The notes: generated from the sequence alone by a model not told the origin. DNA of 64,000 nucleotides from an uncultured Verrucomicrobiota bacterium (GCA_964617825.1 CAZTWL010000009.1:11011-75010); one strand, 5' to 3'. Shown: positions 9,717 through 18,798, numbered from the stretch's first letter. Numbers and translations are program-made.

Positions 9717-12401
9717 TTACATATCCTCGCAAAGCCGCCAGTATACTATCGGCGTCAGGTATCTCCCGCCGAAATTCTCCAGGTGCTGGGTAGCGCCGCC
9801 ATGATAATGGATATACCACTCCGCAAGCGTGCGATCATACACCGCCAGGTCGGAAATGCCATCGCCGTCGAAATCGCCGGAAACAGGGATGCAGTCCGCG
9901 CCGCCCCAGGAGTAGCCATTCATCAACCACGCCCCCGCGAGCGAATAGATGTTCCAGGCCGCATTCACGCGATTATAGAGCGCGAGATCCGATGCGCCAT
10001 CGCCATCGTAATCGCCCGGCACGGGCACCATGTTCGGGCCGCCGAAATTACCGCGATCGATCCGGCCATTCTTGGCATACAGGATCAACCAATCGCCCGT
10101 GGTCTCCGAGTACAGGGCCAAGTCCGAACTACCGTCGCCATCGTAATCGCCCGGCACGGGGAAAAAGCCCGGGGCGCCGAAATTATCTCCGCACAACAGC
10201 CAGGTGCAGTCACGCGTCGATAGAATGTACCAGGCCGCAGTATCCGGATCATAGAGCGCACAATCCGTAAATCCATCGCCATTGTAATCGCCGGGCACCG
10301 GAATAAACGATCCTCCCCCGAAGCCGGTCATACCGGCAACCGTATTTGCTTCCAGATAAAAAACATGCCAGGTGGCGGCTTGCGGATCATAAACCAGGGC
10401 ATCCGACTTGCCGCCGCCGTTATAATCGCCCGGCACCGGCCGGCAGGCGCCGGACCCGAAATTCGCGCCATTGGCCAGCCAGTCCTGCGACAGGGATGAC
10501 CAGATATACCAGTTGCCATTGAGGATGTCATATAACGCAAAATCGCCGCAATTATCTCCGTCGTAATCGTTGTTCAATCCCAGCACGCGCAGATTCGAGG
10601 CCGCCGTCGGCATCGCGCTCCCCACCCCCACCGCCGACCAGGCCGCCATCACGCTTGTCGTCCAGGCAAGATTAAGATCCTGAGCAGCGGAAAGCCAGGC
10701 AGTCCGTGCGGCCCGGTAATCGGTATTCGGCCCGCAATAGACGGTCAATGCCCGATAAGCCAGTTGGCGCACATTCTCGATGCCGATGCCCGTGACGCTG
10801 TAATCGATGCCATCGTTGTTGCCGCTGCCGCCCTCCACGAGCAAGTAGGCCATGTGATTCTGCACGCCGCAATTATAATGCACACCGCCATTATCGTCGC
10901 CGCCATAAAACCAATTCATCCCGTGATATTTGCTCGGATCGGCAAACCGCCCGGGATTACGCATGTCGCGCAAAGCCACCGTATTCGGATAAGTGCAATC
11001 TTCGCCGATCAACCAGTCGGCCTTGCCTGGCGTGCGCCCGGGATAACTGGCGCGCCCGTCATCCTGGCTGGCAAATTCCACAAACGTGCCGAATATATCG
11101 GAGAAGGACTCATCCAATGCCCCTGATTCGCCTTGGTAGATCAGCCCCGCCGTATGCTCCGTGACGGCATGCGTAAACTCGTGGCCGCATACGTCCAGCG
11201 TGGCCAGTTCGGCAAATAACGCGCCCGAATAAAAGAAAAATGCCTGGTCAGCCGTCGACCAGTAAGCATTGTCCGTGCCGCCCCACATATGCACATTGGC
11301 GCGGGCCTGCGCGCCCTGGGCATCGTAACCGCTGCGCCCATGCACGTTGAGGTAATAGTTGCCGATCAAGTTGAAATTATAGGCCGCCGAAATTTCCGTT
11401 GGATCCGAAGCGACCCAGGAATTAGAACCGCGAAAGGCCACCGATCCGCTGTCGGGATAGGAAGACGTATTGTCGCTGTTATAAATCAACCAAGCGGCAT
11501 TGGAAAGCCAGTAAAGGCCGCTGGCGAACAAACCCGGCAACATCACGCGCGCACCGCCTTCCCCATACAGCATATTCCCGTTGATGGCAACATCACTCAT
11601 GGACTTTGAGGCCGACACCGTGCGGATGTCATTATATCGATTCAAGACAACCCCGGATTGCGCGTCAACCCAGTAGCGCCAGCAACCGGCGCCTGCTCCG
11701 GCATCGGTATAAGTCAGGGTCATTTCGTAGGCCAACGCCGGCACAACGCCCCGCGCATAAATCACTATTTCCGGGGTTCCCCAGAGATGACCGACCGGCA
11801 GTCCCATGGCTGCCAAGTCGTTCCCGGCCGCAGTCAGCGCCGCCAAAGGGCCAATGTGCGGCGTCGAATCCACCGACAGGTTCGGGATATAACGTCCGTT
11901 GACCTGGTAGGGCTGTCCGCGGCGATTGAAATGCACAATCAATTCGCCGCCGACCACGCGCCGACCGCCTGCCATCTGGCGCAAGCGCGCATGATGAAAA
12001 CCCTGATCATCGGCATCCACGCGATAGGATTCAAATTCTTGCGCGGCATTATTGATCCGGTAGGCCGCCGCGACCCGCTCCATGACGGCGACAGCCGCCC
12101 CGCGATAGTCACCCCGAAGGCCGGTAACCGGCCCCGTCATGCCCGCAAGCCCGGCGCCGCGCAGCGAGGCTGGCGCTCCGGTTTGTTCATCCCACTGGAC
12201 CGCAACAGCGGGCAGCGCTTTCAGCGCCGCCACTTGAGCGGCCTTTGCCGCGCGAACCGCTTCCGGGGTGGCCTGCGCAGCTGACGCAGCCGCAACGGCG
12301 TTCCTTGGGCGCAGTGCATCATCCGCACGCAAAGCCCATCCGGGCAAAACTCCGGCCAGCGCACCGAGTGCCAGGCCAACGATTATCGGAAAGGATTTCA
12401 T
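9717..12401 (-). CDS. secreted M4 (thermolysin-like) zinc metallopeptidase precursor with five C-terminal FG-GAP repeats
   Basis: A signal peptide starts at ATG 12401. The N-terminal region resembles an FTP/PepSY-like propeptide. The active-site motifs are HEFTH ... GALDESFSD (M4 HExxH plus ExxxD). The C-terminus carries five VPGDYDGDGxSDLALY calcium-loop FG-GAP repeats. Confidence 0.85.
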   Translation of the reverse strand: MKSFPIIVGLALGALAGVLPGWALRADDALRPRNAVAAASAAQATPEAVRAAKAAQVAALKALPAVAVQWDEQTGAPASLRGAGLAGMTGPVTGLRGDYRGAAVAVMERVAAAYRINNAAQEFESYRVDADDQGFHHARLRQMAGGRRVVGGELIVHFNRRGQPYQVNGRYIPNLSVDSTPHIGPLAALTAAGNDLAAMGLPVGHLWGTPEIVIYARGVVPALAYEMTLTYTDAGAGAGCWRYWVDAQSGVVLNRYNDIRTVSASKSMSDVAINGNMLYGEGGARVMLPGLFASGLYWLSNAAWLIYNSDNTSSYPDSGSVAFRGSNSWVASDPTEISAAYNFNLIGNYYLNVHGRSGYDAQGAQARANVHMWGGTDNAYWSTADQAFFFYSGALFAELATLDVCGHEFTHAVTEHTAGLIYQGESGALDESFSDIFGTFVEFASQDDGRASYPGRTPGKADWLIGEDCTYPNTVALRDMRNPGRFADPSKYHGMNWFYGGDDNGGVHYNCGVQNHMAYLLVEGGSGNNDGIDYSVTGIGIENVRQLAYRALTVYCGPNTDYRAARTAWLSAAQDLNLAWTTSVMAAWSAVGVGSAMPTAASNLRVLGLNNDYDGDNCGDFALYDILNGNWYIWSSLSQDWLANGANFGSGACRPVPGDYNGGGKSDALVYDPQAATWHVFYLEANTVAGMTGFGGGSFIPVPGDYNGDGFTDCALYDPDTAAWYILSTRDCTWLLCGDNFGAPGFFPVPGDYDGDGSSDLALYSETTGDWLILYAKNGRIDRGNFGGPNMVPVPGDYDGDGASDLALYNRVNAAWNIYSLAGAWLMNGYSWGGADCIPVSGDFDGDGISDLAVYDRTLAEWYIHYHGGATQHLENFGGRYLTPIVYWRLCEDM

Positions 12402-12502
12402 TGGTCTGATTGTCGCAAACCGCATTCCGTTGCACAAGGCTTTTTGAGGTTTACCGCATAGGGGAAGGTGCTCCGGACGCCTATTTTCCCCATTGTTTCC
12501 CC

Positions 12503-12535
12503 TTGACTTTCCATGACGATCTGTTAAGTTATAAT
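12503..12535 (+). promoter_or_regulatory. candidate sigma70-like promoter (TTGACT -35, TAAGTT/TATAAT -10 region) for the metalloprotease gene at 12561
   Basis: TTGACT at 12503-12508 and TATAAT at 12530-12535 are separated by a non-canonical 21 nt. An alternative extended -10 TGTTAAGTT at 12522-12530 gives 13 nt spacing. A GGGGGTGG ribosome-binding site precedes ATG 12561. Confidence 0.3.
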
Positions 12536-12560
12536 AAGTTAAAGTACACTAACACAGGGG

Positions 12561-14327
12561 GTGGCCATGAAAGTAAGCAGTGGGATAGCGGCAGGATGTG
12601 CAGTCTGGACATTTATCCTTGCACAAAGCGCAATCGGGCAGACAGCCCAAGGTCCACTCCGCCCCGAAGGCATGGCGCTTGCGGATGCCAATGCGCCGCA
12701 ACCGGTCAAAGTGGTGGTCGGGCGCAGTGATGTGCCTCCCTTTCAGGTCGCGCCGCCGGCCAATTTCGCCAAGCAGCCCAAAACCGCGACGTTCACGATC
12801 AATTACCTGAATGCAGGCGAAGTGAACTATTACGGCGACGTCTGCATCGGCTGGCCGGAGGATGCCAAGGCGGCCTTTACCTATGCCGCCAATATCTGGG
12901 GCACCTTGCTGAATTCCTCCGTACCGATCAAGATCAGCGCCTGCTGGGCCAATATGGGCACCGGCGGACTTTTAGGGCATGGCGGCGCACGCAGCTATTA
13001 CAAGGATTTTGCCGGCGCCTTCCAAGCGGGCACTTACTTTCCGGTGGCCATCGCCAATGCCATCTATGGCAGCGATCTGAATGGCAACACGGAAGAAATT
13101 GTGATTGCTTATAATGCCCAATTCACTGAATGGTATTTCGGCACGGGAACTTGTCCCGCGGATAAGTGGGACTTTGTGCAGGTCATTATGCACGAGATGT
13201 GCCATGGACTCGGCTTCATCGGGTCCATGTCCGTTTCCGGCAGCACGGGCTACTGGGGCCTATCCGGATATCCCACGATTTACGATCGTTTCACCGAAAA
13301 CGGGTCCGGCACAAAATTGCTGACCTACACCAGCGGCTCAGTCGCGCTCTACAACCAGCTGGTTAGCGGCAACATCTATTTTAATGGCGCCAACGCCAAC
13401 GCGGGCAACGGCGGCGCCAAGGTCAAGCTGTATGCGCCAAGCACCTGGGCCGGAGGTTCGAGTTATGCGCATCTTGACGAAATCTTCAACGGCACAGCCA
13501 ATGCCATGATGACTTATTCGGTTAATAGCGGCGAAACCATTCATAATCCCGGCCCGGTTACCATGGGCATTTTGAAAGACAACGGCTGGTCGGAGGATCC
13601 CAATCCACCGCACCCGACGATCGAGGGCTCGCCCCTGCTGACGGATTATGACGGCGACCGCTATGCCGACCCGACAATCTATCGCACCGACGGTATATTT
13701 CGCTTACTGCTGTCCTATCTGGGTTATTACACTTACAGTACGGTCTATAACTCTGCGTGCATTGCCCAGCCGGGAGATTTCGACGGCGACGGCGCTGCGG
13801 ATCCCGCGGTGGTGGACACCTCCAGCGGCTACTGGCGCTTCTACAGTTCCGCCAACGGCTACGCGCGATCTTATATCCCCGTCATCTGGTATGCCTCGAG
13901 CGCCACGCCGGTTTGCGGCGATTTCGACGGCGACCGGTACGCCGATCCAATGGCTTATGTCCCCGCAAGCGGCGAGTGGTATATCCTCTCGTCCGGCTAT
14001 GACTACGAGATGTATTACTATATGATTTGGGGCGCATCCGGATACTCCCCCGTCTGCGGCGACTTCGACGGCGACCGCTATGCCGACCCCATGCTCTACA
14101 ACGATGCCACCGGTTACTGGTATATCCTGAGGTCGCGCTATCACTACAGTCAGGCAAGCATGTGGTTCGGTTTGTCCGGCTATACGCCGCTCACCGGCGA
14201 CATCGATGGCGACCGCTATACGGACTTGGCCGTCTACAACAAAACATCGGGACAATGGTACATCCTGCTCTCCAGCAGCGGCGATCAAAACTACATCGGC
14301 GGCGTCTGGGACGGCAGTTCGCTCTAA
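12561..14327 (+). CDS. secreted putative zinc metalloprotease (HEMCHGLGF zincin motif) with four C-terminal FG-GAP repeats
   Basis: Signal peptide. An HExxHxxGF motif is at HEMCHGLGFIGS, with no third His. The C-terminus has CGDFDGDRYADP..Y...G.WYIL repeats. Confidence 0.8.
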   Translation: MAMKVSSGIAAGCAVWTFILAQSAIGQTAQGPLRPEGMALADANAPQPVKVVVGRSDVPPFQVAPPANFAKQPKTATFTINYLNAGEVNYYGDVCIGWPEDAKAAFTYAANIWGTLLNSSVPIKISACWANMGTGGLLGHGGARSYYKDFAGAFQAGTYFPVAIANAIYGSDLNGNTEEIVIAYNAQFTEWYFGTGTCPADKWDFVQVIMHEMCHGLGFIGSMSVSGSTGYWGLSGYPTIYDRFTENGSGTKLLTYTSGSVALYNQLVSGNIYFNGANANAGNGGAKVKLYAPSTWAGGSSYAHLDEIFNGTANAMMTYSVNSGETIHNPGPVTMGILKDNGWSEDPNPPHPTIEGSPLLTDYDGDRYADPTIYRTDGIFRLLLSYLGYYTYSTVYNSACIAQPGDFDGDGAADPAVVDTSSGYWRFYSSANGYARSYIPVIWYASSATPVCGDFDGDRYADPMAYVPASGEWYILSSGYDYEMYYYMIWGASGYSPVCGDFDGDRYADPMLYNDATGYWYILRSRYHYSQASMWFGLSGYTPLTGDIDGDRYTDLAVYNKTSGQWYILLSSSGDQNYIGGVWDGSSL

Positions 14328-14341
14328 ACCCATCATTTGGC

Positions 14342-14384
14342 GGCAAAAGGCCTTGCCGGTCGCAAATTTACAAGGCCTTTTGCC
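14342..14384 (+). terminator. perfect 14-bp stem-loop (GGCAAAAGGCCTTG / CAAGGCCTTTTGCC, 15-nt loop) between the tandem paralogs; no U-tract
   Basis: It lies 15 nt after the stop at 14327. It could be a terminator or an RNA-processing / regulatory structure. Confidence 0.35.
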
Positions 14385-14496
14385 CTGCCAGACAATTTTC
14401 AATTATTGTGGCTTGACTGCATCGCATGCTTTGGTACTTTTACGATCATTAGTGTGCGGCGTCTGAAACGCTCGGTATTAACAGAAGGAGAAACGC

Positions 14497-15927
14497 ATGA
14501 AAGTGAAAGGTTGCTCGGCGGTGGGATTGGTGGTTGGGGCATTGATCTTCGCGCAGGGCGCCATCGGCCAGACGGCTCAAGGGCCACTGCGTCCAGAAGG
14601 AATAACACTGGATGACGCAAGTACGCCGCCGCCGGTCAAGGTAATGATCGGACGGAACGATGTGCCGCAATTTAAAGTTGCTCCGCCGGCCAATTTCGCC
14701 AAGCAGCCTAAAACCGCGACGTTCACGATCAGTTACCTGAACGCAGGCGAAGTGAACTATTACGGCGACGTTTGCATCGGCTGGCCGGAGGATGCCAAGG
14801 CGGCCTTTACCTATGCCGCCAATATCTGGGGAACCTTGCTGAATTCGTCCGTGCCGATCAAGATCAGCGCCTGTTGGGCCAACATGGGCACCGACGGACT
14901 TTTGGGGCATGGCGGCGCGCGCACCTATTACAGGGATTTTGCCGGCGCCCCGCTGGGCGCCACGTTTTATCCCGTGGCGATCGCCAACGCCATCTATGGC
15001 AGCGACCTGAATGGCGGCACGGAAGAAATTGTGATCGCCTATAACGCCCAGTTCACCGACTGGTATTTCGGCACGGATACCTGCCCGGCGGACAAGATTG
15101 ACTTCGCCCAAGTAATCATGCATGAGATGTGCCATGGTCTCGGATTCATCGGCAGCATGTCAGTTTCCAGCAACTTGGGTTATTGGGGCATATCCGATGG
15201 CTCGGCAAATTATCCGGTTATTTACGATCGGTATACCGAGGGCGGGGACGGCACCAAATTGCTGGCCTACAGCAGCGGCACGGCCGCGTTGTATAACCAA
15301 TTGGTGAGCGGCAGCGTCTATTTCAACGGCCCCAACGCCAATGCCGGCAACGGCGGCGCCAAGGTTCCGCTGTATGCGCCGAGCACCTGGTCGGATGGAT
15401 CGAGCTACGCGCATCTGGCTCAAAGCTTCGTGGGCACCGTCAACGGCATGATGACGTATGCGGCCGATTATGGTTCGACAATCCATGATCCCGGTCCGGT
15501 CACCAAGGGCATCTTGGCCGACAATGGCTGGAACGCGGCAAACACTATCGGACCGGTCATCTATGCCAATGGCGTAACAAACGCGATCACGGTTGCCTAC
15601 CCCACTCCCGTGAACATCAACGTGGCCATGAATGCCGGCGGGTATGCGGGCACAAGCGTTGACTGGTGGGTGGTTGTCAACGCCCGCGGCGGCGGCTGGT
15701 ATTGCATGAACAGCGCCATGCAGTTGCTCGAATTCACCGACTGGACCGCGTGCCAGCCGATTCTCCAGTCCCCGCTGTTCACCATCGGGTCCACGCCCGT
15801 CATGAGCGGTCTTGTCATTGCTCCCGGTGTTTATGACTTCTGGTTCGCCATAACTTATCCGATGACCGGGAACATAACCACCAGCCAAGTGACGTTGTTC
15901 GACAAAGTTACGGTCACCGTTCAGTAA
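14497..15927 (+). CDS. secreted putative zinc metalloprotease paralog (HEMCHGLGF) whose C-terminal domain is shared with the SLT protein at 52013
   Basis: Signal peptide. The first ~340 aa are paralogous to the gene at 12561. The FG-GAP repeats are replaced by a ~118-aa domain (YPTPVNINVAMNAGGYAG..DWWVV...TVTVQ). Confidence 0.8.
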   Translation: MKVKGCSAVGLVVGALIFAQGAIGQTAQGPLRPEGITLDDASTPPPVKVMIGRNDVPQFKVAPPANFAKQPKTATFTISYLNAGEVNYYGDVCIGWPEDAKAAFTYAANIWGTLLNSSVPIKISACWANMGTDGLLGHGGARTYYRDFAGAPLGATFYPVAIANAIYGSDLNGGTEEIVIAYNAQFTDWYFGTDTCPADKIDFAQVIMHEMCHGLGFIGSMSVSSNLGYWGISDGSANYPVIYDRYTEGGDGTKLLAYSSGTAALYNQLVSGSVYFNGPNANAGNGGAKVPLYAPSTWSDGSSYAHLAQSFVGTVNGMMTYAADYGSTIHDPGPVTKGILADNGWNAANTIGPVIYANGVTNAITVAYPTPVNINVAMNAGGYAGTSVDWWVVVNARGGGWYCMNSAMQLLEFTDWTACQPILQSPLFTIGSTPVMSGLVIAPGVYDFWFAITYPMTGNITTSQVTLFDKVTVTVQ

Positions 15928-15996
15928 GTTTAAAACCGGGCGTTTGCCGATCCTGGAAATAGCGAGGGGCAGACGGCGCCAATAAGCAGCTCATTC

Positions 15997-16704
15997 TTAA
16001 GCGGGGCAATTACCCTTGGGGGGTTGCCCCGCTCTTTTTTCCAGCCAATCTATAATCCGCGCCGCCACCTTGAGCTTGGTCATAAGCGGCAAAACCCGCA
16101 CACAACCGTCCGCATCCAGCAACGTCACCCGGTTGGTATCCACTTCAAAACCGGCATCGCGGCGACTGACGTCATTGGCCACAATCAGGTCCAGGTTCTT
16201 CTCCGTCAATTTGCGGCGCGCTTCCCCGACCAGCCGCTGCGTCTCCGCGGCAAATCCAACAAATACACGCCGCCCCTTTTTGGATCGCAAAGTCTTGAGA
16301 ATGTCCGGCGTCGGTTCCAGATGCAACACCCCGGACGCCGTTGCCTTCTTGATTTTTTGAGGAGCGACGCGGCGCGGACGCCAGTCGGCCACGGCGGCGG
16401 CCATGATGAGCGCATCGCATCGGCTCAGATGGCGCCGAACGGCCGACAGCATCTCGGCCGCCGTCGTCACCGCCACAAGGACGACCTTTGGCGGGGGGCG
16501 CAGCGCCACCGGCCCGGAAATCAAGGTGACGGCATGGCCCCGCCGCGCAGCCACGCGCGCCAAGGCATATCCCATCTTGCCGCTGGACCGGTTGCTTATA
16601 AAACGCACCGGATCGATCGCTTCACGCGTGGGACCGGCTGTAATTAAAATGCGCATGACGGAAAAGAATGGTTGATAGGCAACGATTTTTATGCCAGGCA
16701 ACAC
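15997..16704 (-). CDS. coaB: phosphopantothenate--cysteine ligase (CoaB domain, encoded as a separate gene)
   Basis: RILITAGPTREAIDPVRFISNRSSGKMG is the CoaB signature. It starts at GTG 16704, or at ATG 16656. It overlaps the coaC 3' end by 16 nt in a different frame. Confidence 0.8.
   Translation of the reverse strand: MLPGIKIVAYQPFFSVMRILITAGPTREAIDPVRFISNRSSGKMGYALARVAARRGHAVTLISGPVALRPPPKVVLVAVTTAAEMLSAVRRHLSRCDALIMAAAVADWRPRRVAPQKIKKATASGVLHLEPTPDILKTLRSKKGRRVFVGFAAETQRLVGEARRKLTEKNLDLIVANDVSRRDAGFEVDTNRVTLLDADGCVRVLPLMTKLKVAARIIDWLEKRAGQPPKGNCPA
16001..16040 (+). terminator. intrinsic terminator (GCGGGGCAA...TTGCCCCGC stem followed by TCTTTTTT) downstream of the gene at 14497..15927
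   Basis: A GC-rich 9-bp stem is followed by a T-run on the + strand. It overlaps the last codons of coaB on the minus strand. Confidence 0.55.
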
Positions 16705-17234
16705 TGTGCCACGGCAGCGACAATCTTATCCAATGCGGCCAGGCGTCCACGCCCCGCATAGCCGCAGGCCAAATCGCCCTGCTCCACATCCAAGATCACG
16801 GCGCCGCGCTCCTTCAGAACGCGCGCATTTTCCCTGGTCGCCGGATGCGCCCACATTTTGTCGTTCATCGCCGGCGCCACCACCAGCGGGGCCTGGCAGG
16901 CCAAAGCGGTCGCGCTCAAGGCATCGTCCGCCAAACCGTGCGCCAGCTTGGCCATGACATTGGCCGTGCAGGGCGCCAGCACAAGCACATCGGCCCAATC
17001 GGCCAGCGCAATATGCGTCGGCCGCCACGCCTCGGTCTCCTGAAACATGTCGACCACCACGGGGCGGCGGGTCAAAGCGCGAAAAGTCAATTCGCCGACA
17101 AACCGGGTGGCGGCCTGGGTCATAATGACCGACACCTCCCAGTTCTTTTTGATCATCAGACGGGTCAATTCGGCCGCCTTGTAGGCGGCAATCGAACCGG
17201 TCACGCCCAAAAGAATATGTTTGCTTTCGGCCAT
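16689..17234 (-). CDS. coaC: phosphopantothenoylcysteine decarboxylase flavoprotein (CoaC domain, separate gene)
   Basis: ILLGVTGSIAAYKA is the FMN-binding motif, and a PAMN motif is present. 181 aa, with its own stop codon. Confidence 0.85.
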   Translation of the reverse strand: MAESKHILLGVTGSIAAYKAAELTRLMIKKNWEVSVIMTQAATRFVGELTFRALTRRPVVVDMFQETEAWRPTHIALADWADVLVLAPCTANVMAKLAHGLADDALSATALACQAPLVVAPAMNDKMWAHPATRENARVLKERGAVILDVEQGDLACGYAGRGRLAALDKIVAAVAQCCLA

Positions 17235-17296
17235 CTTACACCTCCATTCAAGACGTGAAGGCCATCAAGTTAAGGTCCGCCAGCTGGCGGACAGTT

Positions 17297-17917
17297 TTAT
17301 TCGCCTGGCGGCATGATCCGGCAATGTTCGGCCGTGACAATCGCTTGCAGGCACGCCACCGCATCCTCCAGCTTGTCATTGACAATCCGGTATTGATAGC
17401 GCGAAACATCCTCCATTTCGCGCGCAGCATTATTAAGGCGCCGTTCAATGTCTTCCAATCCATCCTGCCCCCGGGCCAGCAGGCGCCGGCGAAGCGTGGC
17501 GCCATCCGGCGGCACGATAAAAACATCCACGAACGCACGCCGCAAATCGCCGCCGGATGGACCCGTCATCAGCTGCCGGATACGTTCGGCGCCCTGGATA
17601 TCGATAACCAGCAGCACGTCATGGCCGGACCGCAAAGCGCGCTCCACCGGTTCGCGCGGTGTGCCATAGCTGGCGCCATGCACCTGGGCATACTCCAGAA
17701 ATGCACCGGCATCGATCTGTTTCCGGAAATCCTCGGGTTTTAGGAAAATATAATCGCGCCCGTCCGCTTCGCCTGACCGCGGCGCGCGCGTCGTGCAGGA
17801 AACGGAACGGACCATGGCGGGAAATGTCTCCAGCAAGCGCATGGCCAACGTCGTCTTACCCGCACCCGATGGAGCGGAAACCACAAGCAATAACGGACGT
17901 TGGAAAGGCATTTTCAT
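17297..17917 (-). CDS. gmk: guanylate kinase
   Basis: P-loop SAPSGAGKTT. Length 206 aa. The gene order yicC-gmk is conserved. Confidence 0.9.
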   Translation of the reverse strand: MKMPFQRPLLLVVSAPSGAGKTTLAMRLLETFPAMVRSVSCTTRAPRSGEADGRDYIFLKPEDFRKQIDAGAFLEYAQVHGASYGTPREPVERALRSGHDVLLVIDIQGAERIRQLMTGPSGGDLRRAFVDVFIVPPDGATLRRRLLARGQDGLEDIERRLNNAAREMEDVSRYQYRIVNDKLEDAVACLQAIVTAEHCRIMPPGE

Positions 17918-18798
17918 TCCACATTTTGAATCTGTTCGCGGACGCGCTCCAACTCGGTCTTGGCTTTCACCACCTGGCCGGCAATACCCGCATCGTTGGC
18001 TTTGGACCCGATCGTATTGATTTCCCGGAACATTTCCTGAATCAGGAAATCGAGCGTCCGGCCCACCGGCACAGCCGAAGCCAAATGCCCGCGCGCCTGC
18101 TTGAGATGGCTGCGCAGGCGGGTCGTTTCCTCGGCAATATCCGCGCGGTCCGCAAAGAGCGCAACTTCCCGAATCAGGCGGTCATCCGCCTGGCTTAAAG
18201 AGACTCCCGCCTTCTGCAAACGCGTCTGCAAAGCATGGCGGTAGTTTTCGGCCACTTTCGGCGCACGACTGACGATCCCATCCACAATATCGGCAATGCT
18301 CTGCAAACGCGACAGAATATCCCGCTCCAATTCACGGCCTTCGGCAGCGCGCATCGCCATGAACAATCTCAGCGCATTTTCAAGGCACTTCATGGCTTGT
18401 GGGCCCAGTTTATCCGGCTTCACCGGCACATCGGCGCTGGTCACCAGCCCCGGCATCCTCAGGAGGGCGCTGATGGTCAAATCATCCTTCAGCCCCAGCT
18501 TCCGTCCCGCCTGGCGCAAGCGCCCCACGAATGCAGCCGCCAAATCGCAATCCACGCACACCGCCTCCCGCCGGCGTTCGGCGGAGACATCCAATTGGAT
18601 CCGGCAGGTCACATATCCGCGGGCAATCCGCTCGTGCAGGCGGGCGCGCACATCGTTCTCGATCGACGCCAGCGCCGGCGGAAGATCGAGGCGCGCTTCA
18701 AACTGGCGATGGTTGACTGCGCGCAGTTCGACGGCAATCTTGATGCCGCCGGAGGATATTTCCGCCCTGCCTTGACCGGTCATGCTTCGTATGCTCAT
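17914..18798 (-). CDS. yicC: YicC-family stress-induced protein (DUF1732)
   Basis: MTGQGRAE at the N-terminus and EMFREINTIGSKAND at the C-terminus are YicC hallmarks. The 4-nt overlap with gmk indicates an operon. Confidence 0.85.
   Translation of the reverse strand: MSIRSMTGQGRAEISSGGIKIAVELRAVNHRQFEARLDLPPALASIENDVRARLHERIARGYVTCRIQLDVSAERRREAVCVDCDLAAAFVGRLRQAGRKLGLKDDLTISALLRMPGLVTSADVPVKPDKLGPQAMKCLENALRLFMAMRAAEGRELERDILSRLQSIADIVDGIVSRAPKVAENYRHALQTRLQKAGVSLSQADDRLIREVALFADRADIAEETTRLRSHLKQARGHLASAVPVGRTLDFLIQEMFREINTIGSKANDAGIAGQVVKAKTELERVREQIQNVE

Larger units (their letters stand above)
12561..15540 (+). repeat. tandem duplication of the protease-domain region (12561..~13590 and 14497..~15540), locally ~95% nucleotide identity
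   Basis: Nucleotides 12760-12970 and 14690-14900 are nearly identical. The proteins are collinear through the HEMCH motif. Both start ATGAAAGT and both have TTGACT upstream. Confidence 0.85.

Noticed and set aside
8649-10223. 524-aa + strand ORF overlapping nadA and the M4 protease gene in antisense
   Set aside because: It has low-complexity Arg/Ala-rich composition typical of GC-rich shadow ORFs. Both overlapped genes have strong homology support.
17248-17538. 96-aa ORF inside gmk, considered as a possible rpoZ (often downstream of gmk)
   Set aside because: It lies entirely within the gmk coding region on the same strand in another frame. It has no RpoZ-like sequence, and no rpoZ is present between gmk and coaC.
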